Shown: one piece after another, positions 1 through 8,079 of the stretch
Layout of the letters: every line of letters starts with the position of its first letter
How positions within the stretch are numbered: position 1 is the first letter of the stretch
Source: Candidatus Woesearchaeota archaeon
Lineage (GTDB): Archaea; Nanobdellota; Nanobdellia; Woesearchaeales; SKGA01
Length of the DNA: 24,320 nt
Reading direction: 5' to 3'
Assembly (NCBI GenBank): GCA_016926395.1
Contig: JAFGOT010000023.1
Coordinates: 1-24,320, forward strand
Position numbers and translations under genes: made by a program
Notes under the pieces: generated by a model
The model's database searches: none
Told to the model about the DNA's origin: nothing
Seen by the model: the letters and a program-made list of their open reading frames with translations, nothing else

Positions 1-233
1 CTGATTACATCAATTACTTTTCCAATAATGATGTCGTTTCTTTTTGGCATGTAAATGCCTGCTAGTGGAATTGTTCTGATAACTTTACCATCAATAACAC
101 TAACTCCTAATCTGTTTGCCATGATTTTGTCATCTTGTCTGTATGTTCCATGGCTTGGTAAGTAGTCCATTCCTTCAGCCAACACTTGGCCTGGAACGAC
201 AACTTCTCGTTCTTTTATTAATAATTCACTCAT
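1..233 (-). CDS. rrp4: Exosome complex RNA-binding protein Rrp4 (N-terminal part; runs off the left edge)
   Basis: Not in the ORF track. Manual translation from ATG at 233 gives MSELLIKEREVVVPGQVLAEGMDYLPSHGTYRQDDKIMANRLGVSVIDGKVIRTIPLAGIYMPKRNDIIIGKVIDVI. VVVPG..LAEG and Y.PK..D..IG.V.D are Rrp4 motifs; position after SBDS matches the archaeal superoperon. Confidence 0.93.
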   Translation of the reverse strand, partial: MSELLIKEREVVVPGQVLAEGMDYLPSHGTYRQDDKIMANRLGVSVIDGKVIRTIPLAGIYMPKRNDIIIGKVIDVI

Positions 234-311
234 TTTTTTTACTCCGTTAAAAATATATTTTTTTAACCTCTGTTTTTTTTGTAATTTTAATTTGTTGAAT
301 TTCCAAAAACG

Positions 312-1043
312 TTAGTTTTTGATTCTCTCTTTTATTTCTACTGTGCAACCACCGTGACTCGCGTTGTTTAACATATCAATAAATTTGTTTTGAAGTCCAG
401 CTGGAAGTTCCACTACTGTGTGTAATCCCCCATCATTTAACCAATTCTCTTGTTTTATTTTTCCAAATGTAGTTATTTTTCCGTGAAGTGCACCTGCAAA
501 TTGTGTTGGTACTATTACTTCAAGAAGAACTTTTTCTAGAGAGATTGGCATTATTGGTCGAAGAACTTTAATTGCATTGTCCACTTGGTTTTCCGCTTTT
601 TCTAAATCATTTATTTTAAATTTAGCTTCTTCAAGTCCAGATCTTATTCTTGTTTCTGGATGTGGAATTCCTGTTTTAGGATCAACTGCGTTTAAGTGTA
701 TTAAATTAACTAATTTGTTAAATTTTCTTTCACGTAATTCATCTCTATATTTTTGTGTGAACTGCACTTCTCCTTCTTCAATCATTATTTGGAGAATTTT
801 TTCGGACTCATTTGTTCCAAAGCCTTCTTCTAATTCAGCTTCGCTTGCAACTAATCCTTTTTTCATGTCGATAAAAATTTTTGAATCGTTAACAATTTCA
901 TCAATATCTAACGCAACGCCTTCTCTAAATTCAACTATTTTGTCCGGATCAACTGATACTTCAAATGTTTTTCCAGCTTTTTTATATTTGACAAGATTTA
1001 CAGCAATTTGTACATGATCATCAATAAGCTTATTACCTTTCAT
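312..1043 (-). CDS. sdo1: Ribosome maturation factor SBDS/Sdo1
   Basis: KAGKTFEV N-terminus, DP.TG.PHP..RI motif, three-domain length of 243 aa; SD GGAGG at 1053-1057; located between psmA and rrp4. Confidence 0.95.
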   Translation of the reverse strand: MKGNKLIDDHVQIAVNLVKYKKAGKTFEVSVDPDKIVEFREGVALDIDEIVNDSKIFIDMKKGLVASEAELEEGFGTNESEKILQIMIEEGEVQFTQKYRDELRERKFNKLVNLIHLNAVDPKTGIPHPETRIRSGLEEAKFKINDLEKAENQVDNAIKVLRPIMPISLEKVLLEVIVPTQFAGALHGKITTFGKIKQENWLNDGGLHTVVELPAGLQNKFIDMLNNASHGGCTVEIKERIKN

Positions 1044-1150
1044 AATTTTAATCCTCCATGATTTTAATTAAAATAAAATTGAATTTACTTGATATTCAAA
1101 AATTACTTGAGTGCTTTTTCTATATATCGAGCTCACTCAATGCTGAGAAA

Positions 1151-1867
1151 TCACTTTAAAGATTTCTCAATGTCTTCGATGCTTAGTTTCTTCATAGTTT
1201 TATCTTCTGAATAAACTGCTGCTGCATCTATTCTTTGAACATCGAAATTTTCACCAAGGAATTCTTTTATTGCTTTTGTTGCGATTTTTAGTCCATCTTG
1301 AATACTGATTGATTCCTTGTACTCTTTGTGGATTTTTTCTGCAATATCATTTTCTCCTTCACCGATAACAGTTGCTTGATATTGGTAGTATGATCCAGTT
1401 GGATCTGTTAAGTAAAGTTTTGTTCCATCTTCATCAACGCCTGCAACTAATAATGCTACTCCAAAAGGTCTTAGTCCGCCTGATTGGGTGCACATTTGTT
1501 TTAGACTGCAGATGTCTTTTACTATTACGAATGTATCGATTGGATTGTCGTATGTTAGTTTGTTTTCTTGTGCTTTGCCTTGAGCTCTTTCAACTAATAC
1601 TCTTGCATCTGCCATTATTCCTGCTGCAGTTGCCATTATGTGTTTGTCTATTTGAAAGATTTTTTCAATGCTACTTGCTACAACTAGTTTGTCTGCAATT
1701 CGTTTATCTGTGACTAATAAAACGCCATCTTTACAGACCATTCCTATTGCAGTGTTGCCTAATCGCACTGTTTTTTTTGCGTATTCAACTTGGAGTAGTC
1801 GTCCATCTGGACTAAACATTGTACTCGCTCTATCGTATCCCATCGCTTGATGTTGCATTGGTTGCAT
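1151..1867 (-). CDS. psmA: Proteasome subunit alpha
   Basis: YDRASTMFSPDGRLLQVEYA signature, RPFGVALL, DPTG. Preferred start is MQPMQ at 1867, with SD GAGGT 8 nt upstream; the track start at 1882 overlaps the SD. Confidence 0.97.
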   Translation of the reverse strand: MQPMQHQAMGYDRASTMFSPDGRLLQVEYAKKTVRLGNTAIGMVCKDGVLLVTDKRIADKLVVASSIEKIFQIDKHIMATAAGIMADARVLVERAQGKAQENKLTYDNPIDTFVIVKDICSLKQMCTQSGGLRPFGVALLVAGVDEDGTKLYLTDPTGSYYQYQATVIGEGENDIAEKIHKEYKESISIQDGLKIATKAIKEFLGENFDVQRIDAAAVYSEDKTMKKLSIEDIEKSLK

Positions 1868-1976
1868 TTTTTCATACCTCATTTAATTTTTGTAAGTGTA
1901 ATTAAAATCAAACAATACCCAAAAATCTTTTTTTGATTTTTGTTTGCATTGGTTGCATTTTTTCATACCTCATTTA
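1853..1976. repeat. Exact 33-bp direct repeat (1853-1885 and 1944-1976) covering the psmA SD and first five codons
   Basis: ttgcattggttgcattttttcatacctcattta is present twice, 91 bp apart; the 58-bp spacer contains a 7-7-7 inverted repeat (aaaaatc 1921-1927 / gattttt 1935-1941). Confidence 0.95.
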
Positions 1977-2353
1977 TTGTTATTATTTTTTTGTGAATTT
2001 GATTCTTTTAATTCTAGATATTTTTCTTTTGCTTTTTTCATACTCCCACTAACCCCAACTGATTTTAATGAAATTTCCTCTTTATCTAGTTTTGTTATTA
2101 ATGGAAAGCATCCTTTTATTTTATCAACCATTTTGTTGTTAACACGAATTAATCCTCGTCTTATTTCTTGATTGTATTTTAATGGTTGAATTCCTGCTGT
2201 TGCGCTATCATAAATTCCAAGCATTTCGTTTAGTCTGGTTACTAGTTTGTTTTGAATAGAAAACATGTTTTCAGATTCCATTCCGGATATCTCATAAACC
2301 ACATATCTTTTCTTTTCTCTTTGACTTGGTTTTAATGCTTTTATTGATAACAT
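1970..2353 (-). CDS. rnp2: RNase P protein Pop5/Rpp14 family (RNase P component 2)
   Basis: LKPSQREKKRYVVYEI and GLIRV...SG motifs; directly upstream of psmA as in the conserved superoperon. Likely start MLSIK at 2353; an upstream ATG at 2416 is possible. Confidence 0.9.
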   Translation of the reverse strand: MLSIKALKPSQREKKRYVVYEISGMESENMFSIQNKLVTRLNEMLGIYDSATAGIQPLKYNQEIRRGLIRVNNKMVDKIKGCFPLITKLDKEEISLKSVGVSGSMKKAKEKYLELKESNSQKNNNNK

Positions 2354-2522
2354 TTCAATCGCGTATCTTACTGAGGGCGTTTGTATATCTTTTTCGAGAA
2401 AGGTTTTTGCCCCCATTCTCTTAAACTCTCTTTCTTTCTCTCGTACGAGATTCTCAAAAGCCTTTTTCTTTATAAATATTACTACTATTTTTATATAGTG
2501 GAGCTTATTTGCTTTGCTTACT

Positions 2523-3506
2523 ATGAAATGGATTTCTTCATTGCTTTTAGGTGCTTCAAACCCTCTTTATGGTGGTCAAGCTGTAATAGGTGGTGTTATG
2601 ATGAAAGGCAAGAAACACTATGCAATAAGTGTTAATACTCCTTCTGGTCTACAGTCTAAAACAGAAGAATTTCATTCAATTTCTGAAAAAATACCTTTTT
2701 TAAAATGGCCTTTCTTGCGAGGAGTTGTTAATCTTGTTGAGATGATGATTTTAGGTTATAAGTCTATGGACTATGCTGCCGATAAATCTCTTGAAGCCGA
2801 AGAACAAAGTGATACGGTGCCAATAATTTCAGAGAAATTATTGAGCAAAGAATCTGACTCATCAAATTCCAATTCGTCGAAAGTTGAAAAACAGATTTCT
2901 CCTTGGATGATGGTTGGAACGTTTTTGTTAAGCTTAGTTTTAGCTATTGGTTTGTTTAAATTTTTACCTCTTCTAGCAGCAAGAGGTTTAGATAATTTGT
3001 TTAATCTTTTAAGTCCTGTTTTCAATCTTGTTGATGGAGTAATAAAACTTGGAATTTTATTCCTTTACTTAATTTTGATTGCTCAAATTAAAGATATTAA
3101 AGATGTGTTTAGATATCATGGCGCAGAACACAAAACAATTAATTGTTATGAGGCAAAAAAACCTTTGACTGTTAAGAATATTTCATCGTTTACAACTGTT
3201 CATAAACGGTGTGGCACTACTTTCATTTTTGTGGTTATTTTCTTGAGCATTTTAGTTTATATGTTTATTCCAAAGGATATTCCCTTCTTTATTAATTTAG
3301 CTTTAAGACTGGCTCTTCTTCCTTTAATTGCTTCAATTGGTTATGAGATTCAAAGATTTGGTGCGACTCACTCAAATTTTTTGATTAATGCATTGGTAAC
3401 TCCTGGTTTATTGTTGCAAAAAATTACTACTAATGAACCAAGTCCTAAACATATTCGGGCTGCAAAGGCGGCTTTAGAAGAAGTTATTAAAGCTGAAAAT
3501 AATTAA
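2523..3506 (+). CDS. DUF1385 (YqhQ-like) polytopic membrane protein
   Basis: GGQAVI.GVMM, RYHGAEHK, HKRCGTTF and PGL.LQ.ITT.EP motifs; several transmembrane segments; TATA at 2490-2497 favours ATG 2523. Confidence 0.88.
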   Translation: MKWISSLLLGASNPLYGGQAVIGGVMMKGKKHYAISVNTPSGLQSKTEEFHSISEKIPFLKWPFLRGVVNLVEMMILGYKSMDYAADKSLEAEEQSDTVPIISEKLLSKESDSSNSNSSKVEKQISPWMMVGTFLLSLVLAIGLFKFLPLLAARGLDNLFNLLSPVFNLVDGVIKLGILFLYLILIAQIKDIKDVFRYHGAEHKTINCYEAKKPLTVKNISSFTTVHKRCGTTFIFVVIFLSILVYMFIPKDIPFFINLALRLALLPLIASIGYEIQRFGATHSNFLINALVTPGLLLQKITTNEPSPKHIRAAKAALEEVIKAENN

Positions 3507-3877
3507 CTATTTTCTTTGTAATAATTGTATGTTTTTTCTAATTCCTTTTTTGTTATAAAATTTTCAAGAGGCCATTTATCTGTTTCATTTTTTAAGAATT
3601 CTAATTCGTCTTTTGATACTTTATCTTTTAATTGTCTTCCAATTTCAAAAATTGATTTCGTTATGCTTCGAAACCCTTCCTCTATTTCTTTGCATTCTTT
3701 TTGAAATTGCTCTATTTCTTCTCCTTGTCTTTTTCTTTGACTTTCAAGCGTTCTTAATTGTTCTTCTTGTGTTTCTTTTAGTTTTATGTTGGTTTCTTCA
3801 ATTATATCTAATCTTTTACTTATTTTGTTTAGAATTTGAACATCTTCAAGAGTATCTCCTTTATTTTCTTCGCTCAT
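3503..3877 (-). CDS. Hypothetical coiled-coil protein
   Basis: 124-aa ORF with heptad E/K/Q-rich core and a C-terminal KWPLENFITKKEL motif; A-rich codon use like the other minus-strand genes. Confidence 0.7.
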   Translation of the reverse strand: MSEENKGDTLEDVQILNKISKRLDIIEETNIKLKETQEEQLRTLESQRKRQGEEIEQFQKECKEIEEGFRSITKSIFEIGRQLKDKVSKDELEFLKNETDKWPLENFITKKELEKTYNYYKENS

Positions 3878-4051
3878 CAGTTTGTTTATTTCCTTCTTCT
3901 TGTTTTTATAGTTTGTGTTAATTATTTTTTTTATTTTTTTGTTTTAACCGTCTAAAAACTGCTAATTTGTTGATTCTTTCTTTATCAGTACTAACAAAAC
4001 ATTTTTATATGTTCTAAGGGAGTTCTATTAATATTCTTTTAAAAGAGGGAG

Positions 4052-6232
4052 TTGTCCGTGGGTATTGATATAGAACCGCCAATGCCTCCAAAAAGGTTGG
4101 CGCAACGTGATTTAGAAGTAGAGCAAAAAAAAGGCTCTGGATTCTTTTCATTATTTAAGAAAAAAAAGGCACCCGTTACTAATCCTGATTCTATTAACAA
4201 TTCCTCTGTTGAACTTAGAAAAAAACTTGGTTTAGATAGTTCTAATTCTTTATCAATTGAAAAATTACATGAGCAACTTCAACAAGAAGCTGATTCTTTT
4301 TCAGATACTGTGGCTAAACAATATGAAGAAGAACAAAAAAGTCATGAAGAATCTTCAGCATCTTCTTCAAGCATATCGGTTGCTCCTTCAAATCAAAGCA
4401 TGGTTCCTGATGACTTGTTGTCTTCTTCTCCTTCAAAACCATCTCCTATTCCTGAAACCAAAGATGAGTCTTCTCCTTTAGAACCTGAGCCATTATCTGA
4501 TGTTTCTGATGACGTTCCTCCTTCGCCTGTTTCATTAGATTCTGTTTCAACAAGTGTTGTTGATGATAATCAACCTATTCATGAAGAAGAAAATCTTGAT
4601 TTACAAAAAGAAATTGAGGCTGTTCCCGAATCTTCTGGCGAGAGTAGTTTAGTTCCTGATTTTTTATTGTCAGAACAAGATTCAGAATCAAATTCTTCTG
4701 TCAACAATTCAACTAAAAAAGAAAACTCAAAAGATAAAACTAAAAATGGTTCTAAAACTGTTAATTCGTGGACTGATGACGATGATACTGATGACTCCTT
4801 GGAAGGAGGAGAGTTTGCCAAAGAACCAGAACCTGTAATTAGCGAACCTTCGAATGTTGACGATTCTAATTTTCCTCAGCCAGTTTCTTTAGATGCTGAT
4901 TCTAAATCTGAAGAAAAAAAGTCTTCTAAAAAAGAATCTAAAAAAGCTGCAAAGAAAGTTTCTAAAGCAGTTAAGAAAGAAGAGAAAGTTTCAAAAAAAG
5001 CAGCTAAAAAATCTTCCAAAGAAACAAAAGAAAAAAGCAAGACTGTCAAAGAAGAAATTGTTGTTAAAGAAAACGAAGATGAAAAAAAATCTGATTTAAA
5101 GACTCCTGTTCCTTTAGATTCTAAAGTTCCAGATGATTTGATATCTGATCAAGACACTGGTGATGCTAATTCTCAATCCGATAGTTCTTGGTTAGAAGAA
5201 CCTTCTGAAAATTTAACTCCTAGTTCATCCAGTTCTTTTCTTGATGAGCCTGAGGTTGTTTTACCAGAACCTGTTCCTGTTCCTGAAAATCTTAGTTTTA
5301 ATTCTCCAAATGAAGATGTTTCATTAAATAAAGAAATAAATTTAGATATTGATAAGGCTGAAGCTTTTGCTAGAGAATTATCTTCTTCCACTGAATCAGT
5401 TGCTAAGGAGCATTCAATTGACGCTCCTGCAAGTCCTTTCGATTTAAATCCTGCTCCTAATTTATCAAAACAACCTGTCATAGATGATCTTGATGAACCA
5501 AGGTTAACTAGTTTTGAAGAACCAAAAAGAAGCAAAAAAGGATTTTTATCCAAATTGTTTGGGTCTAAACCTTCTGCTGATAAAGATATTCCTTCTGCTC
5601 CTTTACCAGATCCTGTCGCGCCAAATATTCATTTTGAAAATAATCTTTCTTCACCTCCTAACTCTTTAAATTTAGAAACGTCTGTTGAAATGAAGACTTC
5701 TTCAAACTCCGTCCTTCCTGTTTCTTCAGATTCAAATGATGCTCTACCTTTGAAAACGGACTTTGATGCTTCAACTCCTATTGAGGCAAATGATCCTTAT
5801 CAAGAAACTCCCGAAATTTTACGTAAACGAGCTTCCACCTTGAATTCTATTATTGAATCTGGAAAACTTGATGTTTTATTTGTAGATAAAAATGGTGCTA
5901 TAGCATCAAATGAAGATGAGTTAGTTGAGTCTAAATTAAATTCTGATGAACATGCTTTTGATCAAGATGCGGATAAAATTAAAAAACATCATCATTACAT
6001 TTCAAGTTTCGCTCATGACATTGACATAATAATAAATGCTGCAAAAGAAGCTGCATCAAGTGGTGATTTGCTTCTAGCTAAGAAAAAATATAATGAAGCT
6101 AAGGACCTTTATGCCGCAAGTGAGCTTGAAGATCACACTAGAGAGCTTCTTTATGTCACTCTTAAAGATTTATTTGATGATATTCACTTAAAACTGCTTG
6201 AAGCACAGGCTAAAGATTTAATTGGTGAATAA
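4052..6232 (+). CDS. Large acidic, intrinsically disordered protein with two amphipathic KKG(F)F..LF motifs, a Lys-rich block and a C-terminal helical domain
   Basis: 726-aa ORF with S/D/E/P-rich low complexity; TATA at 4002-4010 and an AGAGGGA SD-like site before the TTG/GTG start. Confidence 0.85.
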   Translation: MSVGIDIEPPMPPKRLAQRDLEVEQKKGSGFFSLFKKKKAPVTNPDSINNSSVELRKKLGLDSSNSLSIEKLHEQLQQEADSFSDTVAKQYEEEQKSHEESSASSSSISVAPSNQSMVPDDLLSSSPSKPSPIPETKDESSPLEPEPLSDVSDDVPPSPVSLDSVSTSVVDDNQPIHEEENLDLQKEIEAVPESSGESSLVPDFLLSEQDSESNSSVNNSTKKENSKDKTKNGSKTVNSWTDDDDTDDSLEGGEFAKEPEPVISEPSNVDDSNFPQPVSLDADSKSEEKKSSKKESKKAAKKVSKAVKKEEKVSKKAAKKSSKETKEKSKTVKEEIVVKENEDEKKSDLKTPVPLDSKVPDDLISDQDTGDANSQSDSSWLEEPSENLTPSSSSSFLDEPEVVLPEPVPVPENLSFNSPNEDVSLNKEINLDIDKAEAFARELSSSTESVAKEHSIDAPASPFDLNPAPNLSKQPVIDDLDEPRLTSFEEPKRSKKGFLSKLFGSKPSADKDIPSAPLPDPVAPNIHFENNLSSPPNSLNLETSVEMKTSSNSVLPVSSDSNDALPLKTDFDASTPIEANDPYQETPEILRKRASTLNSIIESGKLDVLFVDKNGAIASNEDELVESKLNSDEHAFDQDADKIKKHHHYISSFAHDIDIIINAAKEAASSGDLLLAKKKYNEAKDLYAASELEDHTRELLYVTLKDLFDDIHLKLLEAQAKDLIGE

Positions 6233-6264
6233 TTTTATATTCTACTTATCATTCTCTTATTCTG

Positions 6265-7383
6265 ATGACAGACCCTATTGTGCTTGATGGTAGCAAGTTT
6301 AGTGGTAGTGGAACGCTTCTTAGGTCTGCTTTGGCTTTCTCATCAATAACTTCTAAGTCTTTTGTTATTGAAAAAATTCTTATTGATAGAAAATTTCCAG
6401 GTCTTAGTGCTCAGAAAGTTGCTTTGATTGAATCATTTGCAAAAGCAACACAAGCAGACGTTGCTGGAAATGGTGTTGGTTCGACAATTTTACAATTTTC
6501 TCCAAAACTTCCTTTTTCGGGAAAAAAAGTCGATATTGATTTTTCTTCTCCAACTAGTGTTACTCTCCCTCTTCAATCTCTCCTTATTCCTTCTTTAATT
6601 TCGGAAGATTCAGTTTCTATTAATTTAACTGGTGGGACTCACGTTGCAAACGCACCAACTATTGGCTTCTTGCGAGAAACTTTATTTAGATATTTAACTC
6701 CTTATTTTGAAAACATTTCTTTAAACATTCCTCTAATGGGCTTTTATCCTAAGGGAGAGGGAACTGTTGTCTGTAACTTAACAAGCTCAATTTCTAAAGG
6801 TGATAAAGTAAGGCCTTTAGATGTTATTGAAAAAGATAATTTAATTGCGTTAAAAGGAGAATTAGTTTCTTCAGGTGAACATTTGGAATCGGATGCTTTG
6901 AAGACTATTAATTCGCTAGTCTCTTTGTCCTTGAAGAATTATGGTGTTCCTTTAATTCTTCAGCCGCAATATGTTGCTTCTAAAAGTAGCGGGGTTAGCA
7001 TGACTTTGGTTGCATTATTTGGAAACAAAGATGGTTATGATAATTCTTTACCTTTTATTATTGGTCTTGACAAAACTTGGTCTTCCTTATCAACAATAGA
7101 TAAATCTGACTTAGAGGATGATTGTTTATCTTTTGTTAAAGAATTTTCTGCTCTTATTTCAAAGAAATTTGTTGATATTCCTTCTGCTGAGTTGTTGCTC
7201 CCTTTTATTGCTGTTCTTGGAGGTTCAATCGTTGTTTCAGAAATTACTGAGAGAATGAATGCAATAATTTATGTTTCAAAAGAGATTTTAGATGTTGATT
7301 TTATTGTTGTTGACAATAAAATTTCTACTGTTGGTTATTTAAACACTCTTCATGAATCTTTACCTTCAATTGAGGATGTATAG
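6265..7383 (+). CDS. RNA 3'-terminal phosphate cyclase-like protein (RtcA fold), probably catalytically inactive
   Basis: LDGS...G.G.LLRSALA, PGL..Q, GGTHV...P and GFYPKG.G match RtcA, but the nucleophile motif reads EITERMNAI instead of EIT.HL.TN. Confidence 0.88.
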   Translation: MTDPIVLDGSKFSGSGTLLRSALAFSSITSKSFVIEKILIDRKFPGLSAQKVALIESFAKATQADVAGNGVGSTILQFSPKLPFSGKKVDIDFSSPTSVTLPLQSLLIPSLISEDSVSINLTGGTHVANAPTIGFLRETLFRYLTPYFENISLNIPLMGFYPKGEGTVVCNLTSSISKGDKVRPLDVIEKDNLIALKGELVSSGEHLESDALKTINSLVSLSLKNYGVPLILQPQYVASKSSGVSMTLVALFGNKDGYDNSLPFIIGLDKTWSSLSTIDKSDLEDDCLSFVKEFSALISKKFVDIPSAELLLPFIAVLGGSIVVSEITERMNAIIYVSKEILDVDFIVVDNKISTVGYLNTLHESLPSIEDV

Positions 7384-7475
7384 CGGTTTTAAGACCTCAA
7401 TCAAGTTCTTTCGCGATATATTTATAAATGGTCTTTAAGTTCTTGTTATTGTTCAACTCTTAGGAGGTATTAACT

Positions 7476-7763
7476 ATGGATTCATCAAGACCTTTAGATG
7501 CATTAAACAATTCCCGTGGAAAACGAGTGATTGTTGATTTGAAGAATGGTTGGAGATTTGTAGGAAAACTTCATGCTTTTGACATTCACATTAATACTGT
7601 GCTTGAAGAAGCGGAAGAGTACGAACCAAAAAATAAGACGGTAATAACTCAAGTTGATGAAAAAACATCCGAACAAGTTGTTTTAGGTGATAAAGAGCTT
7701 AAAAGAAAACTTGGCACTGTTTTTATTCGAGGAGATACCATCACAAATATTTCCGTACAATAG
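7476..7763 (+). CDS. Sm-like archaeal protein (SmAP/Lsm)
   Basis: RPLDAL, G.L.AFD.HIN.VL and VFIRGD motifs; SD AGGAGGT; followed by rpl37e, a conserved archaeal pairing. Confidence 0.95.
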   Translation: MDSSRPLDALNNSRGKRVIVDLKNGWRFVGKLHAFDIHINTVLEEAEEYEPKNKTVITQVDEKTSEQVVLGDKELKRKLGTVFIRGDTITNISVQ

Positions 7764-7777
7764 TAAGGTGAATTATA

Positions 7778-7945
7778 ATGGGTAAAGGCACTGCATCCTT
7801 TGGAAAACACTCTGGAAAAAAGACTCACATCGCATGTAGAAGATGCGGTAAAATTACTTATCACGCTTCAAAGAAAGTTTGCTCATCTTGTGGATTTGGA
7901 AAATCTTCAAAACTGCGAATTTTCTCCTGGCTTAAGAAAAAATAA
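7778..7945 (+). CDS. rpl37e: 50S ribosomal protein L37e
   Basis: Not in the ORF track. Translates as [55 protein letters not shown] (55 aa, C4 zinc finger); SD AAGGTGA upstream. Confidence 0.97.
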   Translation: MGKGTASFGKHSGKKTHIACRRCGKITYHASKKVCSSCGFGKSSKLRIFSWLKKK

Positions 7946-7963
7946 GTCTTTTTTCAGATTAGC

Positions 7964-7996
7964 TGGTTAGATATTCTAGCCACTATTTATTTTTTT
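7964..7996 (+). terminator. Hairpin plus T-tract after Sm-rpl37e
   Basis: tggttaga-tat-tctagcca (8-bp stem with one G-U pair) followed by ctatttattttttt. Confidence 0.5.
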
Positions 7997-8079
7997 AAAC
8001 TAATTCTGCAATTTTCGAGGTTTTCAGACCGTATAATACGAAAAGTATTTAAATTTCTCACAATCCTAAAATTACTATA

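Noticed and set aside
1090-1146. C/D box sRNA between psmA and SBDS
   Set aside because: A CTGA is present but the box C candidate (tgatat) does not match RUGAUGA, and there are no internal C'/D' boxes.
1853-1976. Mini CRISPR array (33-bp repeat, 58-bp spacer)
   Set aside because: Only two copies, the repeat is the psmA SD and coding start, the spacer is long, and there are no cas genes or leader.
2354-2460. RNase P RNA next to pop5
   Set aside because: Too short, and the conserved GAGGAAAGUCC and 3' P4 elements are not present.
7946-8079. Replication origin (ORB elements) upstream of oapA, as in haloarchaea
   Set aside because: No ORB consensus or G-string, no cdc6/orc1 nearby, and no visible skew switch.
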